Shown in pieces: positions 47,498-57,366 of a DNA stretch of 64,000 nt. The position numbers and the translations under genes were made by a program. The DNA is from Nitrosopumilus sp. (GTDB lineage Archaea; Thermoproteota; Nitrososphaeria; Nitrososphaerales; Nitrosopumilaceae): assembly GCA_965223425.1 (NCBI GenBank), contig OZ245003.1, positions 32,001 through 96,000 on the forward strand. Reading direction: 5' to 3'. Every line of letters starts with the position of its first letter. Within the stretch, counting starts at the first letter, position 1. The notes under the pieces were generated by a model that saw only the letters and a program-made list of their open reading frames with translations, searched no databases and was not told the DNA's origin.

Positions 47498-48576
47498 AAT
47501 ATATCACGCATGGTTTTGGCAATAAATTCAATATTTTTTTGAGTTACTTTTGGATGAATTGGCAAAGAAACAACATGAGATGCGGCCCAATCAGTAACAG
47601 GAAGTTTGGTTTTTAATTTGTAAAATGGGGTTTTATGAACTGGTGTAGGATAGTAAGATGCGGCACCAATTCCTTTTTTGCTAAATTCCTTTAAGAGTTT
47701 ACCACGTTTTTCAGTGGCAATGGTGTAAAGATACCAATTAATATTTTCATTTTTTCTTTGATGAGGAAGTTTTATTTTAAGATCAGAAATTAGCTGTGAC
47801 AAAAGTTTTGCGTTGTTTTTTCTGGACTTTAGAAATTTTGGAAGTTTTTTCATTTGGATGTCTGCAATTGCAGCGTTAATTTCAGGCAATCGCAAATTTA
47901 GGCCAAATGTTTGAGAATCATGTCCATATACCATTCCATGATTTCTAATCATCAGTAATTTGTCTCGGAGTTTTTTGTTGTCAGTAACAATAAAACCACC
48001 TTCTCCAGATGTCATAACTTTTGCAGGATACATACTATAGCACCCCATTTCAAAGAAAGTACCAGTGTGTCTTCCTTTGTAGGTGGAACCTAAAGATTGT
48101 GCTGAATCTTCGATGATTGGCATATTGTGTTTTTTAGAAATTTCAGACAATCTCTCCACATATGCTACGTTTCCATAAAGATGAACTGGAATAATAGCAC
48201 GGGTTTTTTTTGTTATCTTCTTTTCTAAATGATTTGGGTTTATAGTATAATTGTCTTTTAGAATATCAACAAAAACGGGTTTTGCTCCTGTTGAAACAAT
48301 AGCATTTGCAGTAGCAACAAAGGTAAAAGACGGAACTAGAACTTCATCGCCTTTTTTGATATCTAATGCATAAAGAGCAGCCTGTAAGGCAGCAGTGCCA
48401 GAATTGACAGCAATAGCGTATTTTGATTTTACAAAAGAAGTTACAGATTTTTCAAAAGCTTGGACATGTTTGCCTCCTTGATTAGCAGATGAGGTTAAAG
48501 CACCATCTCTAAGAATAGAGGTGACTGCGGAGATCTCTTCTTTGCCTACAATAGGAACGTTAATCGCGATTTTCAA
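47494..48576 (-). CDS. DegT/DnrJ/EryC1/StrS sugar aminotransferase
   Basis: NSGTAAL, PSFTFVATAN, PVHLYG, EDSAQ, SMYPAKVMTSGEGG. Confidence 0.93.
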   Translation of the reverse strand: MKIAINVPIVGKEEISAVTSILRDGALTSSANQGGKHVQAFEKSVTSFVKSKYAIAVNSGTAALQAALYALDIKKGDEVLVPSFTFVATANAIVSTGAKPVFVDILKDNYTINPNHLEKKITKKTRAIIPVHLYGNVAYVERLSEISKKHNMPIIEDSAQSLGSTYKGRHTGTFFEMGCYSMYPAKVMTSGEGGFIVTDNKKLRDKLLMIRNHGMVYGHDSQTFGLNLRLPEINAAIADIQMKKLPKFLKSRKNNAKLLSQLISDLKIKLPHQRKNENINWYLYTIATEKRGKLLKEFSKKGIGAASYYPTPVHKTPFYKLKTKLPVTDWAASHVVSLPIHPKVTQKNIEFIAKTMRDIL

Positions 48577-48643
48577 TAGTAATTCTGTTTATAACTAGTC
48601 TATAAATCCCGTTGAGGATACATGAATTTTTATATTTCAAAAT

Positions 48644-49231
48644 TTGGCAAACGGCATAATGAAACCACGTCATCTTGAAAAAACAGATACAGGCTACAAA
48701 GTTTATCTGTATATTTTCTATGTTTGTGCTTTCATAATGTTGGCATCATTTGCTTTTGGTGTTTATGTAACAATGATAGAATGGATGGAAAACGGAATTT
48801 ATGTAATGGGTGAAGCAATCCATAACACAGCTATTCCTTTTGAAAATTTTGCAAGAATATCAACTTGGATATTTTTTTCTACCATAATTGGATGGTATTG
48901 TGTTTCTAGAATCGGTTGGAGAAGAACAGCTGGAAACAAGATTGTTGGAACAAAGATGGCATTACTTCAGCTAATGTTACTAGGATTTTCAATTATTGCG
49001 CTCTATGAGGTGTTATACAATTTTACAGTATTGAATGCACAGATAGCTGCTGGAACTGTTAATGGAGTAGTTCCAGATATTGACAGGCTATCAGTTGCAT
49101 ATCCAGATTCTGATAGGCCATGGAATTTGGTTTTTGCAACCAAAGTATTCCTAGCATCTTTTATCATTAGTACTCATGCATTTTATCTAAGTATAAAACC
49201 TAGAAAAAGCTTAGATGAGCCAGAAATATAA
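48644..49231 (+). CDS. Hypothetical multi-pass membrane protein
   Basis: About four hydrophobic segments; RPWNLVFATK. Confidence 0.75.
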   Translation: MANGIMKPRHLEKTDTGYKVYLYIFYVCAFIMLASFAFGVYVTMIEWMENGIYVMGEAIHNTAIPFENFARISTWIFFSTIIGWYCVSRIGWRRTAGNKIVGTKMALLQLMLLGFSIIALYEVLYNFTVLNAQIAAGTVNGVVPDIDRLSVAYPDSDRPWNLVFATKVFLASFIISTHAFYLSIKPRKSLDEPEI

Positions 49232-49297
49232 CCGATCAGAAATTTTTAGTGGTTTTATCTAAAAACTATTTTTTCTAGTATGTGATATACTTTCATT

Positions 49298-49486
49298 ATG
49301 GGATTATTTGGAACCAGTAAAAATGAATTAAAATGTAAAAAATGTGGTACGGTTTTACCAGATTCTGATAGACTGAAGAGACATCAGGAGAAAGCACATA
49401 ATAGGAAAAAAGAGAAATGTCGAGTTTGTGGAACTGAGTTTAATACTCAAGATGATTTAAGAAAGCATAAGAAAAATTGCAAGTAA
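49298..49486 (+). CDS. C2H2 zinc-finger small protein
   Basis: CKKC...LKRHQEKAH and CRVC...LRKHKKNC. Confidence 0.8.
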   Translation: MGLFGTSKNELKCKKCGTVLPDSDRLKRHQEKAHNRKKEKCRVCGTEFNTQDDLRKHKKNCK

Positions 49487-49533
49487 ATGTTTAGAATAAC
49501 TTTATAGGCTTAGATCTTAAAAGTTGTTTTGAT

Positions 49534-50580
49534 TTGGATATTACAGAAAAGGTAAAGTTGGTCGAGAGGCCGCCAACTGAGGAAGCAGTAACACATGATG
49601 AATTAACTGAATTATTCAAGATAAATTCTTCACCAAAACATTACATTGGTTTAGAAATTTCTGGATTTTTACATCTTGGCAGTTTAATTAACACTGGTTT
49701 CAAAATTAATGATTTCGTAAAGGCGGGCATCAAATGCACAATTTTTCTTGCAGATTGGCATACTCTGATTAATGATAAACTAGGTGGAGATTGGGAGACC
49801 ATCTCAAAAGTTTCAAAATATTACCAAGATGCGTTCAAAATTGTTTGTCCGCATGCAGAAATTGTTTTAGGATCAAAATTGTATGAAGAAAAAACTGAAT
49901 ACTGGTCTGAGCTTGTTAGATTTACAAAACACATGTCTCTAGCTAGAACAATGAGAACTCTCACAATTATGGGACGTTCTGAAAACGAAGAAAAAATTGA
50001 TGTAGCAAAATTACTTTATCCTGCAATGCAAGCAGTGGATATTCATTCATTGGATGTAGATATTGCACATGCAGGAATGGATCAAAGAAAAATCCACATG
50101 TTAGTAAGAGAAGTTTTTCCCAAAATGAAATGGAAAGTTCCTGTTGCTGTTCATCACAAACTATTACCAGGACTTTCAAAACCTGCAGATTCCAGCGATT
50201 CTAAGATTGTAGGAAAAATGAGCAAGTCAGATCCAAATTCAGGTATTTTTATTCACAATACAGATGAGGAGATAAAGAAAAAGATTAGCAGAGCATGGTG
50301 TGAAGAAGCAAATACACAGAATAACCCATTATTAGAGATGGCAAGAACTGTGATTTTTCATGAATTTGATGAGATGAGTGTTGAGAGACCAGAGAAATTT
50401 GGTGGGAATGTATCGTATGCTAACTATAATCAGCTAGAAACAGATTTTGCTGAAAAGAAACTACATCCTGGAGATTTGAAACAAACTGTTGGAGATTATT
50501 TAGTAAAGATAGTTTCTCCGATTAGAGATAAGCTGAATCTTAGTGAAGAATTACATGAAACAATAAAGAAGAGCTTTTAG
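49534..50580 (+). CDS. tyrS: Tyrosine--tRNA ligase
   Basis: YIGLEISGFLHLG, LADWH, YPAMQAVD, GMDQRK, KMSKS, LHPGDLK. Confidence 0.96.
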   Translation: MDITEKVKLVERPPTEEAVTHDELTELFKINSSPKHYIGLEISGFLHLGSLINTGFKINDFVKAGIKCTIFLADWHTLINDKLGGDWETISKVSKYYQDAFKIVCPHAEIVLGSKLYEEKTEYWSELVRFTKHMSLARTMRTLTIMGRSENEEKIDVAKLLYPAMQAVDIHSLDVDIAHAGMDQRKIHMLVREVFPKMKWKVPVAVHHKLLPGLSKPADSSDSKIVGKMSKSDPNSGIFIHNTDEEIKKKISRAWCEEANTQNNPLLEMARTVIFHEFDEMSVERPEKFGGNVSYANYNQLETDFAEKKLHPGDLKQTVGDYLVKIVSPIRDKLNLSEELHETIKKSF

Positions 50581-51371
50581 ACCTTAAGATCTGGGTTAGT
50601 TTGTTCTTCTAAATTATATTTTGATTTATAGCCCCTTGGGTTTATCATCAAATCTTTGTAAGTATATGTGGATGAATTTCCAATAATTACGGTGCTAATC
50701 ATGCCTAATTTGTCTGAATGGTTAGGCAAATTTTCTAAATCTGTCATAACGATAGTTTCAGATTCTCTAAATGCCCCTTTGATAATTGCAACAGGTGTTG
50801 TGGGCTTTCTGTATTTTAAAAGGAGCGTTCTAGTATCTTGTAATTGATGGATTCTTTTTTTGCTTGCAGGATTGTAAATGACAATTACAAAATCACCTTG
50901 TGCTGCAGCTTCAACTCTTTGTTCAATAATTTCCCATGGTACCAGCAAATCACTCATACTAACAACTGCAAAATCAGTCATTAGGGGTGAGCCAACTATT
51001 GATGCGCAGGAATTTAGTGCAGATACGCCTGGAATAATTTCGACTTGAAGATCATCTTTAGGATTCCAGCCACTTTCAGCAAGCGTCTCATAGATTAATC
51101 CAGCCATTCCGTAAATTCCAGGATCCCCACTAGATACAAGTGAAACAATTTTTCCTGATTTTGCAAGATCAATACATTGATGAGCTCTTTCAACTTCTTG
51201 TGTCATTGCATAACGATAAACTGTTTTGCCTTCAATTAGATCTTGAACTAGGTTAACATAAGTTTCGTATCCAACAATTGTATCACTTTCAGCAATTACC
51301 TCTTTTGCCCGAAATGTCATATGGTCATGATGTCCAGGACCAACACCCACGATGTAGAGTTTACCAGTCAA
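50577..51371 (-). CDS. cobJ: Precorrin-3B C17-methyltransferase
   Basis: VGVGPG, SSGDPGIYGMAG, PLMTDF, SDLLVPW, YNPAS, NPRGY. Confidence 0.93.
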   Translation of the reverse strand: MTGKLYIVGVGPGHHDHMTFRAKEVIAESDTIVGYETYVNLVQDLIEGKTVYRYAMTQEVERAHQCIDLAKSGKIVSLVSSGDPGIYGMAGLIYETLAESGWNPKDDLQVEIIPGVSALNSCASIVGSPLMTDFAVVSMSDLLVPWEIIEQRVEAAAQGDFVIVIYNPASKKRIHQLQDTRTLLLKYRKPTTPVAIIKGAFRESETIVMTDLENLPNHSDKLGMISTVIIGNSSTYTYKDLMINPRGYKSKYNLEEQTNPDLKV

Positions 51372-51420
51372 TTTTAAAACAAATCTTTTGTCAAGTAATT
51401 TATCCGTTTAGTGAGGAGGC

Positions 51421-52881
51421 CTATTGGAACGGATCTATAAATGGGCAGTTAACTATGTGATCACTGTTAATTGGTCGTGCAATGCTTACAGATAACAAGT
51501 CATCTGCACGAAATGAATCAATATCAGATTTCGTTTCTAGAATTTTTGCTGAATTTTTATCATTCCACTCTACTAGATAAATTCTCCACATAGGACTGTA
51601 GTTGACATCGCCCAAAGCAGCGCTGGCGATTCCCGCTTGGAATCCTAATGGACCTGATCCTTTAATTCCGTTTTTGAATTGGAAAAGATCAACTGCTCCA
51701 GAATTAGAAACTAGGCTAGAAATAGAAGGGGATGAAACAACTCCCATTGCTTCTGCAGGTCCTGAAGGAGTAGCATCAGTAACAATATAGTATATTGTTC
51801 TACCATCAGGCCCCCAACCTCGATGAGCAACAAAGGTTACAGTCATTTCTTTTTCATTAATTTCAGTTATTTGACCTCCACCATACGACATTTCATCTGT
51901 AATTTCTTTATCAGAACGCACTACCATTTGCCCACTAGGCCAAACAATTTGCGGGGTGTTAAGGACAATTCCTGTTTCATTAAATTCAACTCTTCCACCC
52001 GCTTCTGCAGCTATAACATCAGCTGCAGATTCAAAAACTATTTCTTTTTGACCTATTTTCCACGTAACCTCGATTATAGAACTTAGTGCGCTATATTCTG
52101 ATTCTTGTGATGGAATACTTGAAAATACTTCATCTTGAAATCCATAAATTCCATCTCCCTTAATTCCATTTTTAAAGATGAAAACTTTTTGAAGCGCTTC
52201 GCCGGGTACGTCTGCAATTGGTTTGGCAAGTTCAACATTCCATCCTTGTTTTTCTGAAAGGGTCTTTGCATACTCTTCGTCGCTACTGTCAGTTATGATG
52301 TAAAGAATTTGGTTTCCCTCATAGATTCCCTTATGCATTGGGATTGTAGCAGGTACATTAGTTCTTGAAAGTAACTGTGACTGCTCTTTTTCTAATTCAA
52401 TTTTTTGCATAATTATTTCAGTTGGCTGTCCTCGTATCCAACCATCGACACTTACAGTTGTGGTGAATTCTTTTGAATTAGGTGAATGTAACGCAAGAGC
52501 AGCTCCTGTGAACTCAAAAGAGCCTGATTTTTCTTCTAGGGGGATCAGAGACAGGCCATAAACAGTTTTTCCGTCTACAGTCCAGGTAGGCTGACCTTTT
52601 ACCTCTTGGGAATGAATTTCATGTAAAACAACTATCTGAACAGGCTCACTGGCAGTAAATGTCATAGAACCATCATAAATCGTTCCTTTATTTGGCGATA
52701 GAACAAGGGCTAATTGCTCATTTTGATGACCTTGTCCTGGATCTTGAGAAGATGTAATGGTTTGGGTAAAGTGAACTTTTTTTCTAGAACCTGCATCTGC
52801 AAATTGATCAGTTATTGAAGAGATAGAAATTATACCAGCTACAAAAATTCCAATAATGAAAACAGCAATTAATTTATTCAA
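51421..52881 (-). CDS. Secreted protein with two repeated YIxTD-type domains
   Basis: Signal peptide; duplicated YI(I/V)TD...F.NGIKG.G..GFQ...YS modules; ends VNCPF. Confidence 0.75.
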   Translation of the reverse strand: MNKLIAVFIIGIFVAGIISISSITDQFADAGSRKKVHFTQTITSSQDPGQGHQNEQLALVLSPNKGTIYDGSMTFTASEPVQIVVLHEIHSQEVKGQPTWTVDGKTVYGLSLIPLEEKSGSFEFTGAALALHSPNSKEFTTTVSVDGWIRGQPTEIIMQKIELEKEQSQLLSRTNVPATIPMHKGIYEGNQILYIITDSSDEEYAKTLSEKQGWNVELAKPIADVPGEALQKVFIFKNGIKGDGIYGFQDEVFSSIPSQESEYSALSSIIEVTWKIGQKEIVFESAADVIAAEAGGRVEFNETGIVLNTPQIVWPSGQMVVRSDKEITDEMSYGGGQITEINEKEMTVTFVAHRGWGPDGRTIYYIVTDATPSGPAEAMGVVSSPSISSLVSNSGAVDLFQFKNGIKGSGPLGFQAGIASAALGDVNYSPMWRIYLVEWNDKNSAKILETKSDIDSFRADDLLSVSIARPINSDHIVNCPFIDPFQ

Positions 52882-52919
52882 TAAATTTAACTAGGTGTAT
52901 TCCCTTAAATGATTTTGTT

Positions 52920-54323
52920 TTAATTTATTTTATCAAGTGCGAATGCATTATGTATAGCTCGTACTGCAGCATTTGTGTCGGAATTTTTTACAACTAATGC
53001 AAGATTGAGTTCAGATGAGCCTTGAGTAATCATTGATATGTTAATCTTATTTTTCTCAATTGCTCCAAAAACTTTTGAGGCGACTCCAACGGTTCCTCTC
53101 ATACCTGAACCGATTAGTGCAATGATAGCTACATTTGTAGTGACTTCTAATTTTTTGATAATTTTTCCTAACAATTCCATTTCTAATGTGCTAACTGCTT
53201 TGTCAAGATCGGCATTCTTGACTACAATTGTAATACTTGATTCAGATGGATTTTGTGAGATCATCATTACATTGATTCCAGCTTTTGCCAATGTTGCAAA
53301 TATTTTTGCTGCAGTTCCTGGCGTTCCAACCATACTACCGCCTCGAATGTCAATTAATCCGTTATTATGGATATTACTCACACATTTTACTGTGTTTTTA
53401 ACAGACAAGGAAGTAGATGCAGTTACTAGGGTTCCCTCATTTTTTACATTGAGGGAATTTCTTATCTTCATGGGGATTTTCTTTGTTAGTAGAGGCTCAA
53501 ATGTACGTGGATGTATTTGTTTTGCCCCAAACAGGGCCATTTCAATTGCCTCGACGTAAGATACTTCTTTGAGTAGTTTTGCATTTTTGACAATCTTTGG
53601 ATCTGCTGTCATTAGTCCATCTACATCGCTCATTAGCCAAATTTCATCTGCCTTGATACAGGAACCGATAGTTGTTGCAGAATAATCCGAACCGCCTCTT
53701 CCAAATGTAGTTACATGTCCATGTTGATCTGCACCGGCAAACCCCCCCACAACAGGAATTGTTTTCTTTGAAAATAAAGCATTCACCGTTTTTGATACTC
53801 TGAGTCTAGTTGTATCCATAAGCGGTTTGGATTCACCAAAGTTAGAATCAGTTACAATTCCAACTTCTTTGCCAGTAAGAGAAACTGATTTTTTACCTGA
53901 ATCATTAATTGCTGCTGAAACTAATTTTATTGATAATCTTTCGCCAAATGAGACTAGGTAATCCATCGATCTGGGGGTAATTTCTCCCAGTAAGATCATC
54001 CCATCAATTAATGCAACAAGTTCTGAAAAATCCTGATCTAATTTTGTTGATAATTTTTTCCGTACATCTGATTTTTTGATTGTTTGTTTCGCTAATTGTT
54101 TATGTCTGTTTGTAATTTTTGATACAAGTTGTTGAGCTTTAGATTTATTTTCTTTTTTTATAGACTCAGATATTCCTATAAGATCATCAGTAGTTTCACT
54201 TGTTGCAGAACAGACAACAATAATTTGATGTTTATTTGATAATGAGTTAACATGTTTAGCTACAGCTTGAATGTCTTTTGCAGTAGAAATTGATGTTCCA
54301 CCATATTTTATCACTAATCTCAT
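52920..54323 (-). CDS. lysC: Aspartate kinase
   Basis: KYGGTS, SFGERLS, TFGRGGSDYSA, DVDG, ADP, two ACT domains. Confidence 0.95.
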   Translation of the reverse strand: MRLVIKYGGTSISTAKDIQAVAKHVNSLSNKHQIIVVCSATSETTDDLIGISESIKKENKSKAQQLVSKITNRHKQLAKQTIKKSDVRKKLSTKLDQDFSELVALIDGMILLGEITPRSMDYLVSFGERLSIKLVSAAINDSGKKSVSLTGKEVGIVTDSNFGESKPLMDTTRLRVSKTVNALFSKKTIPVVGGFAGADQHGHVTTFGRGGSDYSATTIGSCIKADEIWLMSDVDGLMTADPKIVKNAKLLKEVSYVEAIEMALFGAKQIHPRTFEPLLTKKIPMKIRNSLNVKNEGTLVTASTSLSVKNTVKCVSNIHNNGLIDIRGGSMVGTPGTAAKIFATLAKAGINVMMISQNPSESSITIVVKNADLDKAVSTLEMELLGKIIKKLEVTTNVAIIALIGSGMRGTVGVASKVFGAIEKNKINISMITQGSSELNLALVVKNSDTNAAVRAIHNAFALDKIN

Positions 54324-54358
54324 TTCAAAATACCTGAATTAGTTAATCTTTAAATGCT

Positions 54359-55105
54359 TTAACTTTCCACGCGTGGAGCCAAGTAAAAGTGAATTCTGCC
54401 AATATTTGCCACTTTGAATTCAATTCTAAGTGGTTTTGCGCTTGAAAATTCACATGTAACCAGGCCTGCAGTAGTTCCAACAGCTTTTATCACTGGATTA
54501 AGATATTCAAGGCTGTAAGTACCAGTACTGTCTTCTTTTGAAGAGACTTCCTCAATATCCTCATCGTCCTTATCAAGATCAATTACAACTTCGCCAGAGT
54601 CACCTTTACCTGAAAAATCTGCTTTTGAATCAGATGTCTGAATTGTTAGATAGTCAGATATAACCTGTACATCTCCTAAAATCTTGTCAAATTTTGAAGA
54701 AGACAAAATAATTTTTGAATCATATGGAATTTTTGGCAGGGGAGTATCAGTAGCAGAGCTTTCAATTAAGCGCATTTTGTATTTTTTATTTTTACCAACT
54801 GTTACAAGCAACATATTTTGATCAGAGATACTGATTTCTATACTGTCTTTTTTGTCTGCTCTTTTGATAAGTTTTGAAAATTCATCTATTCTTACTCCAA
54901 ATTTTATGTCACTGTCACATTCATATTTTTCAAATGCAGAGTTGGGCCAGGATATGTCAATTAAAGCAACATGCGACGGATCCATTCCTCTAAAAGTGAT
55001 TCCTTCTGCCGTTGCGACAAAAGTGGCTTCTTCGACAAGTGTTGATATTGCAGAGATGATTGCTTTTAGATCGTCAGAACCGCTTGTTTTTGCGCCAAAG
55101 GTCAA
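54359..55105 (-). CDS. pcn: PCNA sliding clamp
   Basis: MDPSHVALI, FYLAPRVE. Confidence 0.96.
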   Translation of the reverse strand: MTFGAKTSGSDDLKAIISAISTLVEEATFVATAEGITFRGMDPSHVALIDISWPNSAFEKYECDSDIKFGVRIDEFSKLIKRADKKDSIEISISDQNMLLVTVGKNKKYKMRLIESSATDTPLPKIPYDSKIILSSSKFDKILGDVQVISDYLTIQTSDSKADFSGKGDSGEVVIDLDKDDEDIEEVSSKEDSTGTYSLEYLNPVIKAVGTTAGLVTCEFSSAKPLRIEFKVANIGRIHFYLAPRVES

Positions 55106-55139
55106 ATCAATTTTCTTGACTTTATGCTCCTGTTAAACG

Positions 55140-55460
55140 TTATGCGTAATTTCGCCAGGTATGCTTGCATTTAATACAACGATAGAACTGTGTTGTAGGT
55201 TCATCAGCGCTTCTTGTTTGAAGCATCCACCAAACTGCCTCATCATTTCCACATTTTTCACATTCAATTTTGATTGTTGGCAGAGTTTCTTCTCCTTCAT
55301 TGCCTTCAAAAGCAAGAATAGATTCGTCGGGTGTTTGCTCCTCTTCAATAATTTTTTTTGTTTGTTTTACCTCCTGGCCTTCTGTATATCCACATTTTGA
55401 ACACTGGAGACCAGAATCACTCTTTCTTAGCTTGACCTCACATTTGGGGCAAAATTTCAA
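55140..55460 (-). CDS. tfs: Transcription factor S
   Basis: FCPKC, CEKC, QTRSADEPTTQFYRCIKC. Confidence 0.95.
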   Translation of the reverse strand: MKFCPKCEVKLRKSDSGLQCSKCGYTEGQEVKQTKKIIEEEQTPDESILAFEGNEGEETLPTIKIECEKCGNDEAVWWMLQTRSADEPTTQFYRCIKCKHTWRNYA

Positions 55461-55461
55461 T

Positions 55462-55740
55462 CTAATTTACCTTAATTTTAGAATTAAATAATTGTTTTAA
55501 CTCTTCTGCAGTTTTTATTGCTGAATCCGTGGATCTTTTGATTGTCCCTAACGGTTTTGTGCTAGAACTGATTCTCATCCAACATTCATTGGTAAGGGGA
55601 TGTTTTATGATAACGCCTGCAAAATTGATATTTGATTCCTTTAGAAGCTCGTGTTGAATAACGTATAGAATTCCTATATCAGTCTCTGTGATTGAAAGGT
55701 TGATTTCCTTAGGTTTTGAACTGATCACTTGAGCGTTCAT
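55462..55740 (-). CDS. rpoL: RNA polymerase subunit L (Rpo11)
   Basis: NFAGVIIKHPL; rpoL-tfs-pcn gene order. Confidence 0.85.
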   Translation of the reverse strand: MNAQVISSKPKEINLSITETDIGILYVIQHELLKESNINFAGVIIKHPLTNECWMRISSSTKPLGTIKRSTDSAIKTAEELKQLFNSKIKVN

Positions 55741-55791
55741 GTATTCGGAAAAAGCACTTATTGTGGATATAAATCATTATGAACGATTAAG

Positions 55792-56328
55792 GTGGGAGAA
55801 AGCAGAATTTCAGATATTCAGTTAGTGAAGTCCAAGGATGAGTACTCATCTGACGAAAATGTTGAGATTAATGTCCAGTTTTTAGTTGAGGGGGATCTTA
55901 GAGACACCTTCAATGAGGCAAATTGGACCAAAGCATACAACAACAATGATGTATCTTTCAAATTGAAACATGGTACAAAATTGACGTCAGGGGGATTCAG
56001 AAAAAAGGAATTAGGTAGAACTGTTGACACCTACAGAAAGGCATCAATTTTTTGGACAAGAAATCCAAAATTGGTCAATCCTATGAAAGATAAGAGAATT
56101 TGGGTCCAGGTTGCCAAAAATTTTGAGCCTTTTATCAGGCTTTCAGAAGAAGAAGTAAGAGAGGAATTATTTGACTTTGATGAGAAATTTGTATTCAAAG
56201 CATCAGACTTGGGAAAAGGCAATCACAAGATTAGTGCTGAAGCATTTGCATCATGGCAGAAACATGACTATACAGAACCAGGAAGTATCAAGAATAGTTC
56301 TAGTGAAATTGAGATCACAATCAATTAG
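55792..56328 (+). CDS. Conserved hypothetical protein
   Basis: Uninterrupted 178-aa ORF with host-like composition, divergent from rpoL. Confidence 0.75.
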   Translation: MGESRISDIQLVKSKDEYSSDENVEINVQFLVEGDLRDTFNEANWTKAYNNNDVSFKLKHGTKLTSGGFRKKELGRTVDTYRKASIFWTRNPKLVNPMKDKRIWVQVAKNFEPFIRLSEEEVREELFDFDEKFVFKASDLGKGNHKISAEAFASWQKHDYTEPGSIKNSSSEIEITIN

Positions 56329-56583
56329 GGTTAGGTTCAAGACTTGCTAAAAATGACGACCGGGGGTTTTTAACAGTAATTGATCTACGTGTCTTGATGG
56401 CAGATCGAGTCAATTACAACAATGCAGAACAGACTTTGCAAGCGTTTCTTGATTCAGGCTATGCATTATCACACAGTATTAATGCCTGATTCATCAAGCA
56501 ATTTTTCCATGCGATCAAGGGAGATAGTCTAATTAGACTCAGCTGCCATTTTGGGATAAAAATGGACGCAAGAAAAGAGTATG

Positions 56584-57276
56584 TTATTTTGTCACACGGT
56601 CTTTCAATTTCTTAACGATTTTTCTTACTTCTTTATCAGATAGTGCATCATTTCGGTTTTCAAGAAATTTGTTTATGTTGTTGATATTAGCTACGAAAAC
56701 CATTTTGTATTTCGGATCATATTTTATATTTCCTTTAATTGATAATACCACGCTAGAAACTCTCGGAGTCTTTCTCCATGATTTTAAGACATGCCACAAT
56801 AGCCTACCAGCCCTTCCTGCTTGTTCATGAGGACTAAAGTAATTTTTTTGTTCAACATATTTATCACTCCAGTTTTTAACTTCAATTGCGTATACGCCTT
56901 TTTTAGAAGCAACCACAAAATCAATCTGAGCAGATTTTAGATTCTTTTTTCCATTGTATGAGATAAAGTATGGCAATCCAATTCGTACTCCACATAAGAC
57001 ATGATATTCATCATCAAGTTGGGATAATTTGTCAAGGACTTTGTTCTCTCCTTTTGCACCTGCATGAAATGGATCATTCCAATTTTTTTCAAATTTTGTG
57101 TATTGTCTCTTTAATCTCCATCTTTGAAACTTTGCAACAAGCCCTTTGGCTTCGGCCTTGAGCTCTTCTTGCATTTCCGCCTCAACTTTAGTAATATCAC
57201 CAATTTCTTGGACTCGTTTTGGATACAAATCTAGAAGCTGTTTTTCACTATCTGCTCGACCATAAATGATAGCCAT
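56584..57276 (-). CDS. NERD-domain nuclease
   Basis: GAKGENKV, QIDFVV, GVYAIEVKNW, SPHEQA; start adjusted to 57276. Confidence 0.88.
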   Translation of the reverse strand: MAIIYGRADSEKQLLDLYPKRVQEIGDITKVEAEMQEELKAEAKGLVAKFQRWRLKRQYTKFEKNWNDPFHAGAKGENKVLDKLSQLDDEYHVLCGVRIGLPYFISYNGKKNLKSAQIDFVVASKKGVYAIEVKNWSDKYVEQKNYFSPHEQAGRAGRLLWHVLKSWRKTPRVSSVVLSIKGNIKYDPKYKMVFVANINNINKFLENRNDALSDKEVRKIVKKLKDRVTK

Positions 57277-57366
57277 GATTAGGGTTGTTTTGGATAAAAT
57301 TAAGAATTTATGATGAATCCTCCAAGAATAGTAATCCTCTTTAGATAAAAAAACCAAGTCTAATCC

